Assembly (NCBI GenBank): GCA_951406725.2
Contig: OX597827.1
Span: 8,122,001 to 8,186,000, forward strand
DNA length: 64,000 nt
Direction: 5' to 3'
DNA from: Octopus vulgaris
Lineage: Eukaryota
The position numbers and the translations under genes were made by a program. The notes under the pieces were generated by a model. The model was not told the origin of the DNA, made no database searches, and was given only the letters and a program-made list of their open reading frames with translations. This document shows positions 57,595 to 64,000 of this stretch, in pieces (position 1 is the stretch's first letter; each line of letters begins with the position of its first letter).

Positions 57595-57754
57595 CTCTTT
57601 GCTCTTCATAATGTTGCAGGTTCCCCTCACTGAAGGCACGGCCACTATCAGCACAAGATACCATTGACATCTCACTATAACAGTAAGGGAGTTTAGCTGT
57701 CGTCTCTTTATCCCTCTCGTTAACAGATGTTTCAGCAGTCTTTTGAAAATATTT
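57595..57754 (-). CDS. Candidate internal exon with a protocadherin-like cytoplasmic motif
   Basis: tttctgctgtacacAG|...CAAAGAG|GTaggt, 160 bp, phase 0 to 1: KYFQKTAETSVNERDKETTAKLPYCYSEMSMVSCADSGRAFSEGNLQHYEEQR. DSGRxxSE resembles the protocadherin DSG(H/R)GxSE motif. Confidence 0.55.
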
Positions 57755-58177
57755 CTGTGTACAGCAGAAATAAGTAGTCAAAATGGGACAAAGTAGAAAA
57801 AAAGGTAAACTCATAGAGAAAACACATGTATGAAACACCAACACATCGCAATGTTGGAATGAATATATATATATATTTATATACCCCTTTGTAACCCGTC
57901 TTCCTCTTTTCTCTTTGTATCTATCCATCTTTTCCTCTCTCTCTCCCCCATGCACTCACCATTCGCTCAGTGTTCTGCCGCGTTATAACCAGAAATGTCT
58001 CTGACAAAAGTAGCATCAATTTTTTTGGATCATTCAATTTTTCTCAACTGCTCAGTAAACCAAGTGAGTAAACCTGTCAGTAACGTACCTATAATGATTA
58101 CTGGAAACAACTGTAAGCCAAATTTGCCAATAAAGGAAAAATATGTAATGACCATTAATTTTAACTTGTTTTATATG

Positions 58178-58217
<40 letters not shown>

Positions 58218-58399
58218 AGGGCACTATTACACATAGATGCCTCATGCTAGGAGGTACTCTCAAAGTCAAAACTACTAAAATAAATAAACACATCGTACCG
58301 AAACAATTCTCGAAGCAGGTCATTTAAAAACAGAATTTAGCAGCATATCTCAGTGATTTTGTAATCGGTGCAATTTTATGCACTTTTTACTCTTCAGTG

Positions 58400-58740
58400 T
58401 AAACACTTGGTAAACACCCACAAGGTTATCAACCACCTCACCAACAACAACACTGAACACCTTTTTGATCTCCATGTGTCTAACACACGTGGACATGCCT
58501 ACAAAGTCAGAAAACAACACAGCTCCCATGACTTTCGGAAACATTTTTTCACGCTCAGAGTTGCTGAAGCATGGAATAAACTGCCTGCGTCAGTTGTTGA
58601 CTGCCATGACACTGCATCCTTTAAGGCCCTCATGCTTTCCGAAATCCGCCGAAACTACACCTGATTATATATACACTTTAGATGAGTTGTAGTGCACCTG
58701 AGCACTGTACACAATTATTATTATTATTATTATTATTATT
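58400..58740 (+). mobile_element. CR1-group LINE 3' fragment
   Basis: Paralogous to 13480-13975 (TRGHAYKVRK...RKHFFTLRVAEAWNKLP). Confidence 0.85.
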
Positions 58741-59013
58741 ATAAGCATCATTCAAGATATATAATGAATAAAAAAAAAACATACCAACCGAACAGCTATC
58801 GTATTCAACGCAGCATGTAGGAATGTTTACCCTTTACACATCTATGTAAATGGCGGTGTTTTTTTAACAGCATTTCGGTAACAACATGCTTATTCGGAAT
58901 AAAAATTCATTATTGAATATACTCCTATTTTTAAATTGTATGTATATATATATATATATATATACATATATAGATGCATAGACTATATAGATAGAGAGAT
59001 AATATATATTATA

Positions 59014-59425
59014 GGAACAGGATTGGCTGTGTAATAAGAAGCTTTCTTCGCAGCCACATGGTTCCAGGTTCAGTCCCACTGCATGATGGCACCTTGGGCA
59101 AGTGTCTCCTACTGTAGCCTCAGGCTGACCAAAGCCTTGTGAGTGGATTTGGTAGGCAGAAACTGAAAGAAGCTCATTGCACACACACTCACATATGTAT
59201 GTATGTATGTATGTATTTGTATGTCTGTGCTTGTCCCCCCATCATCACTTGACAACCGATGTTGGTGTGTTTACGTCCTCGTAACTTAGCGGTTCAGTAA
59301 AAGAGACTGATAGAATAAGTACTAGACTTCCAAAGAATAAGTCCTAGGGTTGATTTGTTCAACTAAAGGTGGTGCTCCATCATGGTCACAGCCAAATGAC
59401 TGAAACAAATAAAAGAGTAAAAAGA
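59014..59425 (+). mobile_element. SINE family A
   Basis: Diverged match to family A. Confidence 0.85.
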
Positions 59426-59476
59426 ATAATATATTTATATATACGCCCGCACACACGTATACACGCACATACACAC

Positions 59477-59528
<52 letters not shown>

Positions 59529-60076
59529 ACACATGATGGTTGGTGTTAAGAAGGGCATCAAGCTATAAAAACCACACCAAAACAAAAGTCTGGTGCTGTC
59601 CCCTCCTTTACCAGCTCATGTCAAACTGTCCAACCTATGCCAGCATAGAAGGTGGGTGTTAAATGATGATGATGATGATATGTATGTATGTATATGTGGG
59701 TATAGGTGTGTATGTATATATATATATATATATAATAAATTAATAAATAAATAAAACATATGCATATATACATACATATATGTACGTACCTACCTCTACA
59801 TGTATATATACAGGCATATATGGGTACAGGACACCAAAAAACGTCGAACACAATGAGAAACGAAAACATAAACATAAAACCAAGGAAATGGACATTTCTC
59901 TTAAACAACGAAAAAAATAGAGTACAGGACATACAAAACAAGGAAAATTCCTCTTCTTCAGTCGCCTTTGTTTCATCTACTCCACGTTTCGAAGGTCAAG
60001 GCGATACATGACTTTGAGATTTTTTTGCAGAGGGGTAAAAATGGTAACAAAAACAGGACAGTAACGACAGTACGAA

Positions 60077-60117
<41 letters not shown>

Positions 60118-61215
60118 CGTTATTTACATGTGTGTGGGAAGGGGAGTGTTGTATCAGTTGTTACATAAGAAAATAATTGTAAACAAGAGTCACCATCATA
60201 CACATAGTGTACTTCATCTCCGGTCATCTGTAAAAAACATGTCTGACCATTGAGAAATATAAGTTTGCTTCGGAACAGGCGAGGGTTGGTGACAGAAAGG
60301 GCACCTGACCATAGAAAAATCAACCTCAACAAACTTTGTCCCATGCAGGCATTATTGAAAAGTAGACATTAAAACGATGATGATGATGAGGAGGAGGATG
60401 GGGTGCTGATGAAGAGGGGAGGGGAGGAGGAGGAAGATGAGGAGGGGGAGGGAGGAGGGATGGAAGGGGATGAAGAAGAGGAGGAAGGGGAGGGGATGGA
60501 AGGGGGAGGAGCTGGAAGAGGAGGAGGAGAAGGAAGAGGAGGAGGAGAAGGAAGAGGAGGAGGATAGGGGTGATGATGATGATGATGAGAACAACGAAGA
60601 AGGTACATTATGAAGGAAGACTTTATTCTCTTGATCATATGGCACCATTGAAAAGTGACAGCATTATTAAATTCTTTAAGCCTGTTTCATTAAGTTCTCC
60701 TATGAATAATTAGTAACATAACGGTAATAATTAGTAACATACCATTCATTATTATTATTATTACTAAAACGACAATTACTAACATAGCTGCTTCTGTTTC
60801 TAATACCAATATCTAAAGCATTCTCATTATGGTTAGTCTCACCATCTCTCTTTCTTTTGCTACTTTTATTTTTAATCATTTTTTTCTTCTATCCTTTTCC
60901 TTTTATTTGTTTCTGTCTATAAACTGAAGCCTTGCTGGAGCACTGCCTGGAAGAATGTTAGATGAATGAACCAACCCCAGTATTTATTACTTTAAGCCTG
61001 ATCCTCATTCTATCAGTTTCATTTTTGGTGATCCACTAAGTCATAATGCGCCGGCGCCACTTCTCAAGTGGTGATAGGAATCAAACACTAACACAAAAAC
61101 ACACAGAGACATAAATATAAATATATATACGCGCGCGTGTGTGTGTGTGTCTGTGTGTGTGTGTGTGTGAGTGTGTGTGCGTGTGTGTGTATGTGTGTGT
61201 GTTTGTGTGTGTGTA

Positions 61216-61510
61216 AGCATATGGCCTACTGGTTAGAGCAGTGGACTCGCAATCGAGGGATCGCAGGTTTGAATCTCAGGCAGGGCGATGTGTGTGCTTA
61301 TGTGCAAAACACCTAAGCACCACATGGCTCTGGCAGAAGGTTATGGTGAACTTCTGCTGACTCCTTCGCCACAACTTTCTCTCACTTTTTCCTCCTGCAT
61401 CTTGCAGCTCACCTGCGATGGACCAGCATCCCATCCAGGTGAGGAAACTATATGCCAAGGAAACTAGGGAACTGGCCCTAATGAGCCAAGTGTGGCTCGA
61501 GAAAGAACAA
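61216..61510 (+). mobile_element. SINE family C, diverged (V-domain-like body)
   Basis: tRNA-like head and GCGATGGACCAGCATCCCATCCAGG body, as at 22229. Confidence 0.72.
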
Positions 61511-61516
61511 TCACAT

Positions 61517-61565
<49 letters not shown>

Positions 61566-61986
61566 AGCAGCAAAATTATTCAGAAGCAAATATTTATATA
61601 GATATTAATATTTTTGCTGCTGATTAGTACGTCTCACACTGAGACTGTCTGCATTTTGGCGCTAAGCAATTCTGGACACCATCAGATTTCAACATGAAGG
61701 ATTGACAAGGTGTTTCAAAGGGTTAAGGTGTGCTGAAGAGGGTAAGATTTTTATTTCAAACCAAAAACCAGTCCACATAATATACCTGTACCATTAAATA
61801 CATAGCTTTATGCTATATAGGTATGTGAGAGATTTTTTCACTCTGCTTGCTCATATACGGTTGAATCTGTTATTTTACAGTGTTAATTTTTGGGTGGTCC
61901 AAATGAAGATTTTAACTCTTATTTCTAGCAGGTGGACACTTTAATGTGTCCTTATGATTAATACATATATATATATATATATATAT

Positions 61987-61988
<2 letters not shown>

Positions 61989-62022
<34 letters not shown>

Positions 62023-62240
62023 GTTTAACATCAGCTTTCCATGCTAGCATGGGTTGGACGATTTTGACTGAGGGCTGGCGAACCAGATGGCTGCACCAGG
62101 CTCCAATCTTGATCTGGCAGAGTTTCTACATCTGGATGCCCTTCCTAACGCCAACCACTCCGAGAGTGTAGTGGGTGCTTTTTACGTGCCACCGGCACAG
62201 AAGCCAGTTGGCTGCTCTGGCAACGATCATGCTCGGATGT
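61989..62240 (-). mobile_element. RTE LINE 3' UTR fragment
   Basis: Same family as 18217-19300. Confidence 0.8.
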
Positions 62241-62571
62241 ATGTATGTATGCATGTATGTATGTATGTATGTATGTATGTATGTATGTATGTATGCATGT
62301 ATGTATGTATGTATGTATGTATGTATGTATGTATGTATGTATGTAGTGTGTGTGTATATGCATGCATACAAAGGTCTTCTTTCAGTTTCTATCAACAAAA
62401 TCCACTCACAAGTTATTAGACAGCCGAAGGCTATGGTAGAAGACACTTGCCCAAGGTGTGACACATTGAGACAGAATCTAGAGCCATGTGGTTAGGAAGC
62501 AAACTTCTCTTTATAAACTTTCATCTCTTCCAAGATGGCAATGTGCATTGTTACTCTCTTTAGTGATATAT

Positions 62572-63025
62572 CCCGATATGTCTGGAAGATTCTGGAAGGA
62601 ATTGTGCCAAATTTTGGCATTGTAAGCTACACCAATGCTAGAACGGGACGACACTGCATAGTGCCAAAGATCCCAGCAATGCCATCACGCTTCAGGACCA
62701 GCTTCTGCAACAGCCTGGGTTTCAAGAGCCCACAGCTTTTTAATATTCTCCCAGAGAGTCTGAGGAACTTGCACAAGGTAGATGTAGCAGTTTTTAAATC
62801 AAAGCTGGATATCTTCCTGTCAAGAGTCCCAGATGAACCTACCTCACGGCAAGAGGTGCAAATGAGAGTAGCTATATCAAACTCCATTCTTCACCAAGTG
62901 CCACATATTAGATGAGGTTCGTCGCAATAACAGAGTAGCACAAAACGGCGATGCATCAGCATGGCCGCAGCTCTGAGCTGAAACTAGAAAAAGAAAAGAA
63001 AAAAGAAGAAAGAAAGAAAAAAAAT
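62572..63025 (+). mobile_element. CR1-group LINE 3' end
   Basis: YVWKILEGIVPNFG...RTGRHC...SLGFKSPQLFNILPESLRN...FKSKLDIFLSRVPDEP, followed by a short 3' UTR and A-rich tail. Confidence 0.85.
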
Positions 63026-63159
63026 AGGCACTGACACAAGTGGGGTCCATGTTGTGAGCATCTTATGTGTCTGGCATATTTTTTAGGTTCTTATTGACTG
63101 TCCAGAAGGAACATGCATAATTTGCAAGGACCAAAAGCATGTTGAGATCAAAATCTCCA

Positions 63160-63371
63160 CTAGTTTCAGTCATTTAACTGAGGCCATGCTGGAGTACCAC
63201 CTTGAAAGTTTTAGCCTAACAAATTGACCCCAGGACTTATTTCTTAAGCCTATTACTTACTTATTCTATCGGTCCCTTTTTCCTGAACTGCTAAATTATG
63301 GGGATGTAAACACTCCAACACTGGTTATCAAGTTGTGATGGAAGGACAAACACACACACACACACACTTAT

Positions 63372-63406
<35 letters not shown>

Positions 63407-63680
63407 TATACATACATACATATAAAATTAAATAATAAGGGTACATTTGATATTAATCAATTAAAACCAGTGGCTTAGCATATTTAAAAAATCCGAAGAT
63501 TAAAATTTATATATACATACAACAGGTTTCTTTCAGTTTTTGTCTACCAAATCCACTCACAAGTCTTTTCTTGGCTTAAGGCCACAGAAGAAGACACTTG
63601 CCCAAGGTGCCATGTAGTGGGACTAACCTGGAACCATATCGTTGGGAAGCAAGCTTCTTACCATACAGCCATGCCTGTGC
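63160..63680 (-). mobile_element. SINE family A, diverged, with internal insertion
   Basis: Reverse complement of family A, interrupted at about 63420-63510. Confidence 0.75.
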
Positions 63681-64000
63681 TTATATAAATATACAAGCAG
63701 TGCTTCCTGGCATTGCTCAGGTGTTATGACCTACAGCCACATTGTATTATTTCTTTCTTTCCTATGGGCAGAATCAGTCACAGTTGATATATAGTGAACT
63801 GGACTACTGGTGTAATGGAAGTTATTGTTTGTTTAAATGGGAAGGTGGAGAGGGTACAATTTGCATGGGTTTGCATGAAAGTGCTTTCTGCACTTAAGAA
63901 GGATCACAAACTATGTATTGTTTCATCGTATAAAAGGGGATTAATATGAATTTCTCCAGAAAGCACGTTTTCAAAATTTTAATTTCTTCCCTGCCCCATT

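Overview
AT-rich, microsatellite-saturated eukaryotic genomic DNA, most likely an octopus (inferred from the SINE families and simple-repeat load). Most of the window is repeats: a Ty3/Gypsy integrase with polypurine tract and 3' LTR, three tRNA-derived SINE families, RTE, CR1, R4/Dong and Hero-like LINE fragments, Tc1/mariner, hAT, Merlin-like and piggyBac-like relics, and Helitron-like elements. Nearly all ORFs in the supplied track are microsatellite artefacts. Reading splice sites by eye gives short candidate exons. One minus-strand gene ends at 16994, with a phase-compatible exon at 24031-24200 and possibly another at 47258-47390. A second minus-strand exon pair (57595-57754, 56168-56277) carries a protocadherin-like DSGRxxSE motif. 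The most notable signal is a set of about nine type I hammerhead ribozyme motifs in (TA)n-flanked, Penelope-like terminal fragments. One has a fully canonical core (1744-1809, minus). Two show apparent compensatory swaps of the core 3-8 base pair (U3-A8 at 4302-4338; G3-C8 at 54134-54184). All calls are by eye and repeat boundaries are approximate.
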